A stretch of DNA of 45,408 nt from Christensenellales bacterium. GTDB taxonomy: Bacteria > Bacillota > Clostridia > Christensenellales > CAG-138. The DNA lies in NCBI GenBank assembly GCA_045224495.1, contig JBGVAK010000025.1:1-45408 (forward strand). The letters run 5' to 3'. Under the pieces are notes generated by a model, which was not told the origin of the DNA, made no database searches, and saw only the letters and a list, made by a program, of their open reading frames with translations. Both the position numbers and the translations under genes were made by a program. The stretch's first letter is position 1. Each line of letters starts with the position of its first letter. This document shows, piece by piece, positions 28,386 to 38,400 of the stretch.

Positions 28386-30071
28386 TCATTCCTGCAGCCA
28401 ATCGTCCGCCAAACCTTCCACCCAAGCCGCCAGATCCCGGATGGTCTCCTCCCGCAGCACGTCAGCCCCTACGGCGTCCGCAAAGGGTGTTCCGGCCTTT
28501 CGATGGATCAACCGGCTGTACGCACGACTGCCGCCCTGTATGAGGGACATGGCTCCCAGCATGCTGACGCCGTAACTCACGTAATAGAAGGGAAACTGGA
28601 AGGTGTGGCTGATCTCGGTCCACTCCCGTCCCTCGTATCCGAAAAGCCTGTCGAAGCCGTAAGCGGCGGCGATATCGCCATAGAGCCGGTTCAGATCGTC
28701 CACCGTGGGGCTTTTCAACCGGTACGCCCGCTGCTGGAATTCGTCCTCCATGAACCCCGACAGGACAGCATAGAGCGCGTTGGTCAAAAAACACAGGCGG
28801 GCGGCGGATGCATAGCGGCCGAAGAGCGCGTCGTACTCCTGGAGCATCAACAGTTCGAAGCCCTGGGCGTCTGCCTCGGCCAGGTCCAGGTCCTCGGGGC
28901 CGTAGTAGGTACCCTCTGGGTTCCTATAGTAGCTGAGAAAGTGTCCGAATTCGTGGATCACCGTGAAGACGGAGGAAGCGTCCTCCTCCCATTGGGTGAA
29001 CAGAAAGGGGCAGCCATAGGCGGCGATATAGGTGGTAAAGCTGCCGTGAAGCTTCCGCTTCGACGGGACGCTGTCGTAGAGCCCGTAGAACAGCATATAC
29101 CGCCAGGCCTCCCCGGCTCCGGGCACAGCCCGTTCCACAGCCCCCTCCATGGCAGCCAGGAACTGATCCTCCGGGAAGTTCGCCCCGCTCAGATACCTGA
29201 GGTCGTTTTCACACCGCTCTCGCAGGCGGATGTACAGGGGCACGAACACCTGCTTGACGGTCTCAGCCGCTCCCAACGCTTCCTCCGGGGTGTATCGTCG
29301 TCCGAAGGCTTCATACTGGCTGGCGGCGTAGGTGGCGTGACCGCTGCTTTTGGCCATCTGCCTGCGCAGAGCCATGAGTTCCAAAAAGACCTCCCCCGCC
29401 GCCTGGTTCTTGCCGATCTGGTACTGCTCTAAGGCCTCCAGGAATTCCTGCAGCGACAGGTCCTCCTCCCTCATGAGTTCCTCCATGCTCATGCTGCGGC
29501 CACGGTACGATACGCGATACTCGGCGTCCAGCCGCTCGTATCGGCGGCACAGTTCATCCTCCCGGGCGCGCAGGGCCTGTTGATCGTCGCCTTGTCGGCT
29601 GAGCTTTTCGAGGGTCTTTGCGTAAGCCGTCCCCCGCTCCCGATGGTAGCCCCAGCGGTCCATGAGCGTTTTTTCGAGTCGGGCCAGTCGGTACTGGATG
29701 GCATAGAGGGAGCTGTTCAGCTTCCCATATTCCGTCGCTCGATGCCGGTCCGTCACGTCCTGGCAGTAGAGCACATAGGCTAAGGAGGTGGCGCTGACCA
29801 GGGCGTTGTAGGCCCGGAGCTGTTCCTCGTAGACGGCTTCATATGCCTTCGGATCGGTGGCGTGCACGATATCTTCCAGAGCCCTGTCAAGAGTCGCTTG
29901 AACCGCGTCAGGGTCAGGATAGGAAAGGACCATGTCTTCAAAGGCAGTTTGCCCATGGGCGACCCTGATCTCGCGATCCGTCTTCAGGTAGGAACGGACC
30001 ACCGACTCCGCCGGACCGCAGCCGACGAGGGACAGGGCTATGGACAGCAGTAGGCTCAAAACACGCTTCAT
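28386..30071 (-). CDS. M3-family oligopeptidase-like lipoprotein
   Basis: Lipobox LVGC; HEFGH, AEADAQGFE and H.FQFPFYYVSY; start at ATG 30071. Confidence 0.8.
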   Translation of the reverse strand: MKRVLSLLLSIALSLVGCGPAESVVRSYLKTDREIRVAHGQTAFEDMVLSYPDPDAVQATLDRALEDIVHATDPKAYEAVYEEQLRAYNALVSATSLAYVLYCQDVTDRHRATEYGKLNSSLYAIQYRLARLEKTLMDRWGYHRERGTAYAKTLEKLSRQGDDQQALRAREDELCRRYERLDAEYRVSYRGRSMSMEELMREEDLSLQEFLEALEQYQIGKNQAAGEVFLELMALRRQMAKSSGHATYAASQYEAFGRRYTPEEALGAAETVKQVFVPLYIRLRERCENDLRYLSGANFPEDQFLAAMEGAVERAVPGAGEAWRYMLFYGLYDSVPSKRKLHGSFTTYIAAYGCPFLFTQWEEDASSVFTVIHEFGHFLSYYRNPEGTYYGPEDLDLAEADAQGFELLMLQEYDALFGRYASAARLCFLTNALYAVLSGFMEDEFQQRAYRLKSPTVDDLNRLYGDIAAAYGFDRLFGYEGREWTEISHTFQFPFYYVSYGVSMLGAMSLIQGGSRAYSRLIHRKAGTPFADAVGADVLREETIRDLAAWVEGLADDWLQE

Positions 30072-30178
30072 GGAACAGCATATGCGGCGAAAACGAAAGC
30101 TGCCCATATAAAAAAGTTCATTTGTCTTTTACGCGGAAATATGATATACCATAGAAAACCATTTTATGGAGAGATTCA

Positions 30179-31216
30179 ATGAAAATCGTCGTTTTAGCCG
30201 GTGGCCTGTCCCCGGAACGGACCGTATCCCTGTCCAGCGGCACCATGGCAGCCAACGCCTTCTTGAAAGCCGGGCATCAGGCCATTTTGCTGGACCTGTT
30301 TTTCGGCATGCCCGATCTCGATAGTCCTATCGAGGAGCTGTTTTTGAACGCCAAGCCCCTACCCCCTGCCCCCATTTCGGAGGTGGAGCCTGACCTCGAC
30401 GCCATCGCCGCCTCTCGGCCTGAAGGCTGGTCCGATCGGATCGGTCTCAACGTGATCGAGATCTGCCAGGCCGCGGACATCGTCTATATGGCCCTTCACG
30501 GGGCGGACGGGGAAAACGGCTCCGTGCAGAAGGTCTTCGACGAGCACGGCATCCGCTACACAGGCAGCGGCCCTGAGGGCTGCCGGCTCAGCATGGATAA
30601 ACATGCGGCCAAGGAGATCTTTGCCCGGGAGGGCATCCTGACGCCCAGGAGTCGGATGCTGCACCGGGGTGAGATCTTCTCCTTCGACGAGCTGCCCCTG
30701 CCCGCCGTGGCAAAACCCAACAGCGGCGGCTCCTCCATCGGCATCTCCATCGCCCATACCCGGGAGGAATTGAAGAAGGCCATCGAGATCGCCTTCCAGC
30801 AGGAGGACCAGATCTTGGTGGAGGAGTTCGTCAAAGGCCGTGAGCTCTCCTGCGGCGTGGTGGACGGCAAGGCCCTTCCCATCATCGAGATCATCCCCAA
30901 AGAGGGGTTCTACGATTATAAGAACAAGTATCAGGCCGGCGCGGCCCTGGAGGTCACCCCCGCTCCCCTCAGCGCCACAGCCACGGAGAAGGTACAGCGG
31001 CTGGCGGAGCGGGTGTTCCAAGCGCTGAAGCTGTCGGTATACGCCCGGATGGACTTCCTGCTCACGGAGGACGAAGACGCCTACTGCCTGGAGGCCAACA
31101 CCCTGCCCGGCATGACGCCCACCTCCCTGCTCCCGCAGGAGGCCGCGGTGACAGGGCTCGACTACATCCATCTGTGTGAAAAGATCATCGCCCTGTCTTT
31201 GGAGAAATACCAATGA
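30179..31216 (+). CDS. ddl: D-alanine--D-alanine ligase
   Basis: Motifs GGLSPER.VSL.SG, LHGADGENG, GSSIG, FYDYKNKY and EANTLPGMT. Confidence 0.95.
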   Translation: MKIVVLAGGLSPERTVSLSSGTMAANAFLKAGHQAILLDLFFGMPDLDSPIEELFLNAKPLPPAPISEVEPDLDAIAASRPEGWSDRIGLNVIEICQAADIVYMALHGADGENGSVQKVFDEHGIRYTGSGPEGCRLSMDKHAAKEIFAREGILTPRSRMLHRGEIFSFDELPLPAVAKPNSGGSSIGISIAHTREELKKAIEIAFQQEDQILVEEFVKGRELSCGVVDGKALPIIEIIPKEGFYDYKNKYQAGAALEVTPAPLSATATEKVQRLAERVFQALKLSVYARMDFLLTEDEDAYCLEANTLPGMTPTSLLPQEAAVTGLDYIHLCEKIIALSLEKYQ

Positions 31217-32538
31217 TCCCTTTCCCCGTTCAAAAAGCCGTCGAGATCACCGGCGGTCGGTTCTTCGGCCCCGAAGCGCTCCTTTCTGCGAGCTTCGACA
31301 GCGTATCCATCGACACCCGGACCATGGCGCCGGGTGCGTTGTACGTGCCGGTCAAGGGCGACGTGTTCGACGGGCACCGGTTCATCCCCCAAGCCATGGA
31401 GAAGGGCGCCAAGCTGACCCTGTCTGAGAGCGATACCCCCTATCCCCATATCCGGGTCGATAACTGCGTCAAGGCCTTCCAGGCCCTGGCCCACGCGTAC
31501 CGCTGTCAGTTCCAAATCCCCCTCGTCGGTATCACGGGCAGTGCCGGAAAGACCACCACCCGGGGCATGGTCAGCGCTGTGCTCTCCACCGTCTACAACA
31601 CGCACGGCACCACGGGGAACCTGAACAACCAGACCGGCGTCCCCCAGGTCCTCTTCGGGCTCATGCCGGACCATCAGTGCGCCGTGGTGGAGATGGGCAC
31701 CAACCACTTCGGGGAGATCGACGCCCTGGCCGCCATGTCCGAGCCCACCATGTGCGTCCTTACCAACATTGGGGAAGCACATATCGAGTTCTTCGGCTCC
31801 CGGGAGGGCATTTTCCGGGGCAAGACGGAGATGCTGCCCCATATGCGGCCCGGCGGGAAGATCATCGTCAACGGGGACGACGAGTACCTCTGCCGTATCC
31901 CCGGCGCCTTCACCTTCGGCTTTGGAAAGGCCAACGACCTAAGGGCAGAGGATGCCCGGGAGGATGATCTGTTCGGCGCCAGCTTCACCGCCTGCTATGG
32001 TGACGTGCGGCTGCCCATCCGCCTCAACGTGCCGGGGCACCATATGATCCTCAACGCCCTGGCCGCCGCGGCCGTGGGCCTCGCTCTCAACGTGCCTGCA
32101 GAAAAGATACAGGCGGGCCTCGCCGCTTTTGTGCCCATCTCAGGCCGCATGGCCGTGGAAAAGCTGGACCGTTTCACCCTGCTCAACGACGTGTATAACG
32201 CCAATCCCACCTCCATGGAGGCGTCGCTGCAAGTTTTAAGTCGAGCCAACGGCCGCAAGGTGTGCATCCTGGGCGATATGCTGGAGCTGGGTGAACAGGC
32301 GGCGGCTCTCCATGAGCGGGTAGCCCGGGAAGCAGCCCGGCTGGGCATCGACGTGATATTGGGCGTAGGCCCTCTCTTTGAACCAGCTGTACAGGCCGCA
32401 GGCGGGTTGGGCTTCGCCACCCAGGAGCAGCTCCTTGCGGCCCTGCCCGATCTTTTGCAGGACGATGACACGATCCTGGTCAAGGGCTCCCGGGGCATGC
32501 ACCTCGAAAACACGGCGGCGTATATCCGGTCGTTATAG
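31213..32538 (+). CDS. murF: UDP-MurNAc-tripeptide--D-Ala-D-Ala ligase
   Basis: Motifs GITGSAGKTTT, NNQTGVP, EMG, DVYNANP, GDMLELG and VKGSRG. Confidence 0.95.
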   Translation: MIPFPVQKAVEITGGRFFGPEALLSASFDSVSIDTRTMAPGALYVPVKGDVFDGHRFIPQAMEKGAKLTLSESDTPYPHIRVDNCVKAFQALAHAYRCQFQIPLVGITGSAGKTTTRGMVSAVLSTVYNTHGTTGNLNNQTGVPQVLFGLMPDHQCAVVEMGTNHFGEIDALAAMSEPTMCVLTNIGEAHIEFFGSREGIFRGKTEMLPHMRPGGKIIVNGDDEYLCRIPGAFTFGFGKANDLRAEDAREDDLFGASFTACYGDVRLPIRLNVPGHHMILNALAAAAVGLALNVPAEKIQAGLAAFVPISGRMAVEKLDRFTLLNDVYNANPTSMEASLQVLSRANGRKVCILGDMLELGEQAAALHERVAREAARLGIDVILGVGPLFEPAVQAAGGLGFATQEQLLAALPDLLQDDDTILVKGSRGMHLENTAAYIRSL

Positions 32539-32550
32539 TCTTTCACATAC

Positions 32551-32583
32551 AAAGGGACCATCCGACGCCTCGGATGGTCCTTT
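32551..32583. terminator. Bidirectional terminator between convergent murF and LCP genes
   Basis: AAAGGGACCATCCGA-cgcc-TCGGATGGTCCTTT. Confidence 0.8.
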
Positions 32584-32602
32584 ATCGTTTAACTTTATCT
32601 TG

Positions 32603-34264
32603 TCAGTTGAAGTTGACCTTGATCTCGTTATATTTCTTCTTGTCCCAGTAGTTCAGCATCCAGGGGCCGCCATGATCGGCGCTGTTCGGGTAGGCCGTGT
32701 TGGAGATGTTCTTGACCTTCGTATAGTTGAACCGGTTCGCCACGGCGATAGCCAGATCCTGCACCTTGATCATCTGATCCAGCAGGGAGCTGGAAACGCT
32801 TTTGAGGGAGCTGCTCTTGCCCTTGGCCGCCTTCTTCGCTTCGCCGTCCGCGCTGCTGTACAGGCTCTTGAGCTCTTTCAAAGCGGACTTGTATTCGGAG
32901 AACAGCTGTTTGTCCGAATCGGAATACTTGGGGGTGTACCCCTCGCCCTCGCCTTCCCCGCCTTCGGCGGCGGCAGCCTCCTCATCCTCGTCGATCTTTC
33001 TCTGTACATAGGACTTGAGCGGGTCGCAGATATCCATGTATGTATCTTCCAGCATCTTGCACCAGGTATAGCGGCCATAGGAAAGATTGTACTTCGGGTA
33101 TTTCTTCACTTCTACTCCGTAGATATCCCGGATGAGCTCCACGCGCTTGGCCTGATCGGTAAAGACAAAGTTCCATCCGAACAGCGTTGCACCGTCGCCG
33201 CCCATGGAGTGAGCGCCGATATTCTCCGGATCCAACCGATAGCCGAAGAGGGCCAGGGCCGCCGTCTGGGCAGGAGTGCAGTTGGTGAACAGGGCTCCGT
33301 CGAAGGCGTCCAGGATCTCAGGCACCTTCAGCACCATGTTCTCCTCCTTCATCTTTTTGAAGATGGTCACCATCATGTTCTTCTGCCGGTTCACCCGGTT
33401 GCTGTCGCCTTGCGGCAGCTGACCGTGGCCAGGCTTCCGGACGCGCATATAGTCCAGGCAGGCTTGTCCGTCCATGAACTGGAACCCCGCTTTGTAGTAT
33501 CGGCCGCCGTTGTCGAAATCGCCCTCCAGATTGTACCAGACGCCGCCCACGATATCCACGATCTGCTTGACCGACTCCATGGTCACGGCGTAGTAGTAAT
33601 CCACGTCGATGCCGCCCAGCATCCATTCAGCAGCCTCGCAAACCTTCTCGAATCCCTCGCCGTGCTCGCAGAACAGGCCGTAGTTGGTGCCGTCCGTGCC
33701 GCAGTTCAAGGCGGCGTTCAACTTGTACACCCCTTTCACGCCGGGGATGCTGGCGTAGGTGTCCCGGGGCAGGGAGATGAGGTCCACCCGGTTCTCGTTG
33801 AAATTGACGGCACAGACGATCATCACGTCGGAATGGAAGGAGTTGCCGTCCTTGCCGTTCCACTTCTGGTCGATGCGCGCCGCTTCATAGTCCACACCGA
33901 TGAACAGGATGTTGACGATGCCGTTCATCATGCCGGTATCGGCCACCTTTTCCAGTTCCGAATAGGGGTCCTCCGTTGCTACGGGGGTGCTGACGACCGC
34001 CGTGGGCGTCGCGGGGACCTCCGTGGGCACCGCCGTCGCCGCCGCCTCGATGACTATGGGCGCGGCGGTGACGGGTACGGGCTCCGGCGTGGCGGTAGTC
34101 TGGACGGGTCTCGACGTCTCGCTGACGAACAGATCCTGTCCTGAAAACAGTACGCCGGATATCTTGCCGCCCATAAGGACGCCCAGGGCGATGGCCAGAA
34201 TAGCCAGAGCGCCGAGAAGGGCGTAGGTGCGGACACGCTTGTTTTTGTTGGATCCTCTGCTCAT
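32603..34264 (-). CDS. LCP (LytR-CpsA-Psr) family glycopolymer transferase
   Basis: TM anchor; NILFIGVD, SDVMIV, SLPRDTY, KLNAA and D.NRVNRQ. Confidence 0.88.
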   Translation of the reverse strand: MSRGSNKNKRVRTYALLGALAILAIALGVLMGGKISGVLFSGQDLFVSETSRPVQTTATPEPVPVTAAPIVIEAAATAVPTEVPATPTAVVSTPVATEDPYSELEKVADTGMMNGIVNILFIGVDYEAARIDQKWNGKDGNSFHSDVMIVCAVNFNENRVDLISLPRDTYASIPGVKGVYKLNAALNCGTDGTNYGLFCEHGEGFEKVCEAAEWMLGGIDVDYYYAVTMESVKQIVDIVGGVWYNLEGDFDNGGRYYKAGFQFMDGQACLDYMRVRKPGHGQLPQGDSNRVNRQKNMMVTIFKKMKEENMVLKVPEILDAFDGALFTNCTPAQTAALALFGYRLDPENIGAHSMGGDGATLFGWNFVFTDQAKRVELIRDIYGVEVKKYPKYNLSYGRYTWCKMLEDTYMDICDPLKSYVQRKIDEDEEAAAAEGGEGEGEGYTPKYSDSDKQLFSEYKSALKELKSLYSSADGEAKKAAKGKSSSLKSVSSSLLDQMIKVQDLAIAVANRFNYTKVKNISNTAYPNSADHGGPWMLNYWDKKKYNEIKVNFN

Positions 34265-34440
34265 ACTGATTCTCCTTTTTATATACCGCTATCATATACT
34301 GGAAGGGCCCTTCTTTCTACCGAATCGCTTCCGATATTACAAACAGTTTACAAATCTGTGACATGTTCCCTTTTTTTCCTCTTTCTTTTTTCAGGCGCTG
34401 TGGTATAATGAGGAAAGTTTTTCAGGAGATTTTTCGGTAT

Positions 34441-35475
34441 ATGATGATCGTTATACCTGCCTACCAGCCGGATGAAAAGCTGACTGGTGTGGTGGATGCG
34501 CTGATTTTGAAGACCAACTTTCCCATCGTGATCGTGGACGACGGCAGTCGCGACGACTGTCAGCCTCTGTTCGACGCTCTTGCTGAAAAGGAGCAGGTCA
34601 CGGTCCTCCATCACGAGGTGAACCGTGGCAAGGGTGCTGCCATGAAGACGGCTTTTCAATATGTCTACGACCACTGTCCTGAGGCAGAGGGCGTGATCAC
34701 CGTGGACGCGGATGGGCAGCACCTGCCGGACGACGTGCTTCGGGTAGCGGAGACCTTCCGCAGCCATCGCGACGCCCTGGTCACCGGCTCCCGTCGCTTC
34801 ACGGGCAACGTCCCCTTCAAGAGCCGGGCAGGCAACGCCATCACCCGATTCGTGTTCGCCGTCTCCACGGGAGTGAAGGTGTACGACACCCAGACAGGAT
34901 TGCGGGCATTTTCCCGGGACAACATCCCCCGCATGCTCTCCTTGAAGGGAGATAGGTACGAATACGAGATCAGCCAGCTCCTCTATTGCTGTCGGGAGAT
35001 GATCCCCATCGTGGAGGTGCCCATCGAGACCGTATACATCGAGGACAACGCCTCCTCCCACTTTAGGGCCCTGCGGGACGGCTGGCGCATCTACAAGATG
35101 ATCCTCATGTTCGTCAGCTCCTCGTTCCTGAGCTTTTTGTTCGAGTATGTCCTGTTCTTGCTGCTGACCTGGCTCACTAAAAATTGGGGCCTTTCGCTCC
35201 TCTTTGCCACCGCCGTTTCCCGTGTGCTCAGCTCCATCCTCAACTACTACCTCAACAAGCACATGGTATTCGAAACGGCCAACAAGACCAGCTTTTTGCG
35301 TTACGTGGTCCTGGCCGTGTTCATCTTTGGCTTCCACTTCGGACTGCTGTACCTGTTTACCGCCATTTGCGGCGTACCCAAGTGGATCGCCTACGTCATC
35401 GTGCAGCTGATCGTATACCCCATGAGCTTCGTGCTCCAGCGTAAATTCGTATTTGTGAAGGATAAGCAGTCATGA
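34441..35475 (+). CDS. GT2 glycosyltransferase fused to a GtrA-like domain
   Basis: Motifs IPAYQP, VDDGS, NRGKG, DADGQH and DTQTGLR, plus four C-terminal TM helices. Confidence 0.9.
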   Translation: MMIVIPAYQPDEKLTGVVDALILKTNFPIVIVDDGSRDDCQPLFDALAEKEQVTVLHHEVNRGKGAAMKTAFQYVYDHCPEAEGVITVDADGQHLPDDVLRVAETFRSHRDALVTGSRRFTGNVPFKSRAGNAITRFVFAVSTGVKVYDTQTGLRAFSRDNIPRMLSLKGDRYEYEISQLLYCCREMIPIVEVPIETVYIEDNASSHFRALRDGWRIYKMILMFVSSSFLSFLFEYVLFLLLTWLTKNWGLSLLFATAVSRVLSSILNYYLNKHMVFETANKTSFLRYVVLAVFIFGFHFGLLYLFTAICGVPKWIAYVIVQLIVYPMSFVLQRKFVFVKDKQS

Positions 35476-36677
35476 AAACAACCAGTAAAAAGCGGATCCT
35501 GCGCATGGTCATTTTCGACGTACTTGGCTTTTGCGTTCTGGCGTATCTCATCTGCGCCCAGGTGTTCCGGTTCTTTCCCTTCAAGCCCTTGAATGTGGCG
35601 GAGGGCGTCACGGTCTTAGCTACGCCCACCCCCATCCCCGCCACGCCGACGCCGGAGCCCACACCCGCCCCGACCGACACGCCCGCACCGACGGACGCGC
35701 CCACCACCGTGCTAGAGACGCCGGACGCCTCCGGGACAGAAGGGACCAGCGCGCCTGTGGAGACGCCTGCGCCCACCGACACCCCCGAGCCCACGCCCGA
35801 GCCTACGCCGGAGCCTACGCCTGAGCCCAAGGGTCTGCTGAAGGGCAAGTACGCGGAGAAGTTCACCGACGGGCAGGTGGTGTCCACCGAGACGGAGTAT
35901 CGCAGCGAAAGCGTGGTCGTCGAGCTCAGCGCCCGTGTGGGCTACGTCTGCAAAAAGTGCGGGCACACGGCTGAGAACTACGGCGCCTGTCCCCAGTGCG
36001 GCAACGAGCTGCGCAACAACAAGAACGACAAGGTGACCTACACCGTGTCGGATATCTATCTGCAGGACGTCTCCAGCTTCAAAACCGCTTACGGCGCTCA
36101 AAAGAAGGTCCAGGACATGTGCAAGGAGAACAACGGCGTCCTGGCCATCAACGGCGATATGTATCTCACGTCTCTCAACAACCAGCACGGCTGGTTCGTC
36201 CGCAACGGCGCGGAGATCAAGCGGTACAAGAAGCTATCCAGCGACCTGTGCATCCTGTACGCCGACGGCGTCATGGAGACCGTGGATATCTCTGCCGAGA
36301 CCCCGGATATCGACGGCATCTATGCCAAATATCCGCAGCAGATCTGGTACTTTGGGCCTGCGCTGCTGACGAAGGACGGCGCCGCCAAGAAGGATTTCAC
36401 CATCGGCAGGAACGTGGCCAACAACAACCCTCGCTCCGCCATCGGATACTATGAGCCCGGCCACTACTGCTTTATCACGGTGGACGGCCGCGGAGACGAG
36501 CGGGGCATCTCCATGGAGGAACTGTCCATCCTCTGTGCCGATATGGGTATGGCTGCCGCCTATAACATGGACGGCGGCGCCTCCTCCTGCATGTACTTCG
36601 GCGGCAAGAACTACGGCGAAAACGGCCGCGGCACCACCGATATCCTCTATATTGCTGAACCTGTAAAGGAGAACTGA
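35472..36677 (+). CDS. Membrane-anchored phosphodiester glycosidase (NAGPA/DUF2233-like) with Pro/Thr linker and CxxC-CxxC insert
   Basis: Motifs AINGD, FGPALL, NPRSAIG, VDGR and NMDGGASS. Confidence 0.8.
   Translation: MKTTSKKRILRMVIFDVLGFCVLAYLICAQVFRFFPFKPLNVAEGVTVLATPTPIPATPTPEPTPAPTDTPAPTDAPTTVLETPDASGTEGTSAPVETPAPTDTPEPTPEPTPEPTPEPKGLLKGKYAEKFTDGQVVSTETEYRSESVVVELSARVGYVCKKCGHTAENYGACPQCGNELRNNKNDKVTYTVSDIYLQDVSSFKTAYGAQKKVQDMCKENNGVLAINGDMYLTSLNNQHGWFVRNGAEIKRYKKLSSDLCILYADGVMETVDISAETPDIDGIYAKYPQQIWYFGPALLTKDGAAKKDFTIGRNVANNNPRSAIGYYEPGHYCFITVDGRGDERGISMEELSILCADMGMAAAYNMDGGASSCMYFGGKNYGENGRGTTDILYIAEPVKEN
35781..35828 (+). repeat. Degenerate 12-bp coding tandem repeat (TPEP)x4
   Basis: acccccgagccc acgcccgagcct acgccggagcct acgcctgagccc. 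Confidence 0.8.
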
Positions 36678-36679
36678 TC

Positions 36680-36985
36680 ATGAAAAAGAAGAAATCCGTA
36701 CCTCGCTGGCTCCAGGTCGTCTCCACGATCGTCGCCAATGCAGCCATCGTGCTGTCCGTGGTCTATATCCTGTTCTACATCCTGGATGGCTTCAATCCCA
36801 TGCTCCATTTCCTGGGGGAGCAGGTTTTGGTTTCCCGATATCTGGACGTGATCATCGCCGCCCTGGCTTTGATCCTGGGCGTCCTGTTCCTCGTCTGCAC
36901 CTGGAAGATCTTCTACGGCAAGAAGGGGAAAAAGCACAGCCGCAGGCCCCGCCCCCGGTACGAGGACGAGTATCCCGAGGACTGA
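36680..36985 (+). CDS. Small two-TM membrane protein, unknown function
   Basis: AAGGAG RBS, two hydrophobic helices, basic termini; last gene of the operon. Confidence 0.75.
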   Translation: MKKKKSVPRWLQVVSTIVANAAIVLSVVYILFYILDGFNPMLHFLGEQVLVSRYLDVIIAALALILGVLFLVCTWKIFYGKKGKKHSRRPRPRYEDEYPED

Positions 36986-37002
36986 TCTTTTCTGCGCAAA
37001 GC

Positions 37003-37029
37003 AAAACGGACGGCTATACCGTCCGTTTT
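37003..37029. terminator. Bidirectional terminator
   Basis: AAAACGGACGG-ctata-CCGTCCGTTTT between convergent genes. Confidence 0.8.
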
Positions 37030-37044
37030 CTGTTCTATTGCGGA

Positions 37045-38280
37045 TCAATCCTGGGGCTTGGGCGCCCGCTTCCGATTCAGGTACACGTCCAGCTTGTCCT
37101 TGATCTTTTCGGGGATCTCCCGCTTCACCGGGCAGCGAACGGCATTCGCCATACGGTCGGTGAAATCGGCGATGAACTCCGTATCCAGGACCACCTGCTC
37201 CGGGGAAACGATGGCCGGAGTGTCGTACCGCTCGTGGATGGACCCGGCGGTGGGCGGCGCCAGGCGTGCGAAGGACAGGCTGGGCACGCCCTTGTCCGCG
37301 AAGGGAGTGGAATCGCTGGAATAGACGCCGCTGCGGGCCGCAATGGGAAAGCCCAGCTCGTCCGCCGTATATTCGAGGAAGGACACCAGCCGCTCCTCCG
37401 CCGAGCAGCAGGCGATGAACTTGCCCATGATGCTGCCGATCATGTCGAGGTTGATGTTCAGCGCCACCTTTTCCAGCTCCTTCTCGTGCTTGGCACAGTA
37501 GTCCTTGGAGCCCAAAAGACCCAGCTCCTCTCCCCCGCACCAGATAAAGCGAAGGCCGCGCCGGTGGGGCGCCTTTACGAACCGCTCCGCCACGCCCAGT
37601 ATGCCGATGGAGCCCGTCATGTTGTCGTAACTGCCGCAGGACAGGGGCGTGGAATCGTAGTGAGCCGTCAGCACGATCCACTCGTCGATCTCGCCGGGAA
37701 GTTCGCCGATCAGGTTATGGACGTCCGCTTCAAAGATATCCTGTTCGATCTCGATGCAGGCCTGCTTGTATCCTTTTGCCACGATGTCCATGGCATCCTT
37801 CACGTTGATGTTGACGCCCAGAGCTTTCTTCCCCTGGCTGGTAGCCGGGCGCAGGGTCTTCTGGTCGATGTCCCGATCCGGGCAGCTGTAGCGGCCCGTG
37901 AAAGTTATGAAGCCCAGGGCGCCGTTCTTGAGCATGTCCTGGTAGTTCCACATGTTCAAGGGCTGGTCCGTCAGCACGATATGGTCCTTGCACAGGGAAA
38001 AGGACAGATCGTCCGTGTTCCGCAGATAATACAGGGGTCCCTCCACCTTGCCGCTGCCGCAGCCGATATAGGCCTTGCAGGGATATTCCTTTCCGTCCAG
38101 CGTCAAAGTCGCCGAATGGATATGCGCTCGCTCGATGGGGAATCCCTCCACCCGGGTTTTGAGGCCGATCTTCTCGCACCGCTCCTGCAGATACTGAAGG
38201 CATTTCATCTCCTCCGGGCTGGCGGCGGTATGGGGATAGGCCGTTTCCTTGAGGATCTTTTTCACGTCATTGGCTTTCAA
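37045..38280 (-). CDS. M28 family aminopeptidase with PA-like insert
   Basis: Motifs AHYDS, DNMTG, GEELGLLGS, NLDMIG and SDSTPF..H..YD; TTG start at 38280 with GAGGTG RBS; upstream TTGTAT-N17-TATCAT. Confidence 0.85.
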   Translation of the reverse strand: MKANDVKKILKETAYPHTAASPEEMKCLQYLQERCEKIGLKTRVEGFPIERAHIHSATLTLDGKEYPCKAYIGCGSGKVEGPLYYLRNTDDLSFSLCKDHIVLTDQPLNMWNYQDMLKNGALGFITFTGRYSCPDRDIDQKTLRPATSQGKKALGVNINVKDAMDIVAKGYKQACIEIEQDIFEADVHNLIGELPGEIDEWIVLTAHYDSTPLSCGSYDNMTGSIGILGVAERFVKAPHRRGLRFIWCGGEELGLLGSKDYCAKHEKELEKVALNINLDMIGSIMGKFIACCSAEERLVSFLEYTADELGFPIAARSGVYSSDSTPFADKGVPSLSFARLAPPTAGSIHERYDTPAIVSPEQVVLDTEFIADFTDRMANAVRCPVKREIPEKIKDKLDVYLNRKRAPKPQD

Positions 38281-38358
38281 AAGGATCACCTCTCTTTCGA
38301 CGAAAATGATACCACAGGCGCCTTCCGTATACAAGTACAGTTGGTTTGAAAAAAAGAC

Positions 38359-38387
38359 TTGCAAAAACAAAACCTATGCTGTATAAT
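38359..38387 (+). promoter_or_regulatory. Promoter of the tRNA-Val gene
   Basis: TTGCAA-N17-TATAAT, ending 13 nt before the tRNA. Confidence 0.8.
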
Positions 38388-38400
38388 CATCAATGCGCGC

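Noticed and set aside
30179-31216. Van-type D-Ala-D-Lac ligase
   Set aside because: It has the FYDYKNKY loop typical of D-Ala-D-Ala ligases, is paired with murF, and has no vanH/X/R/S neighbours.
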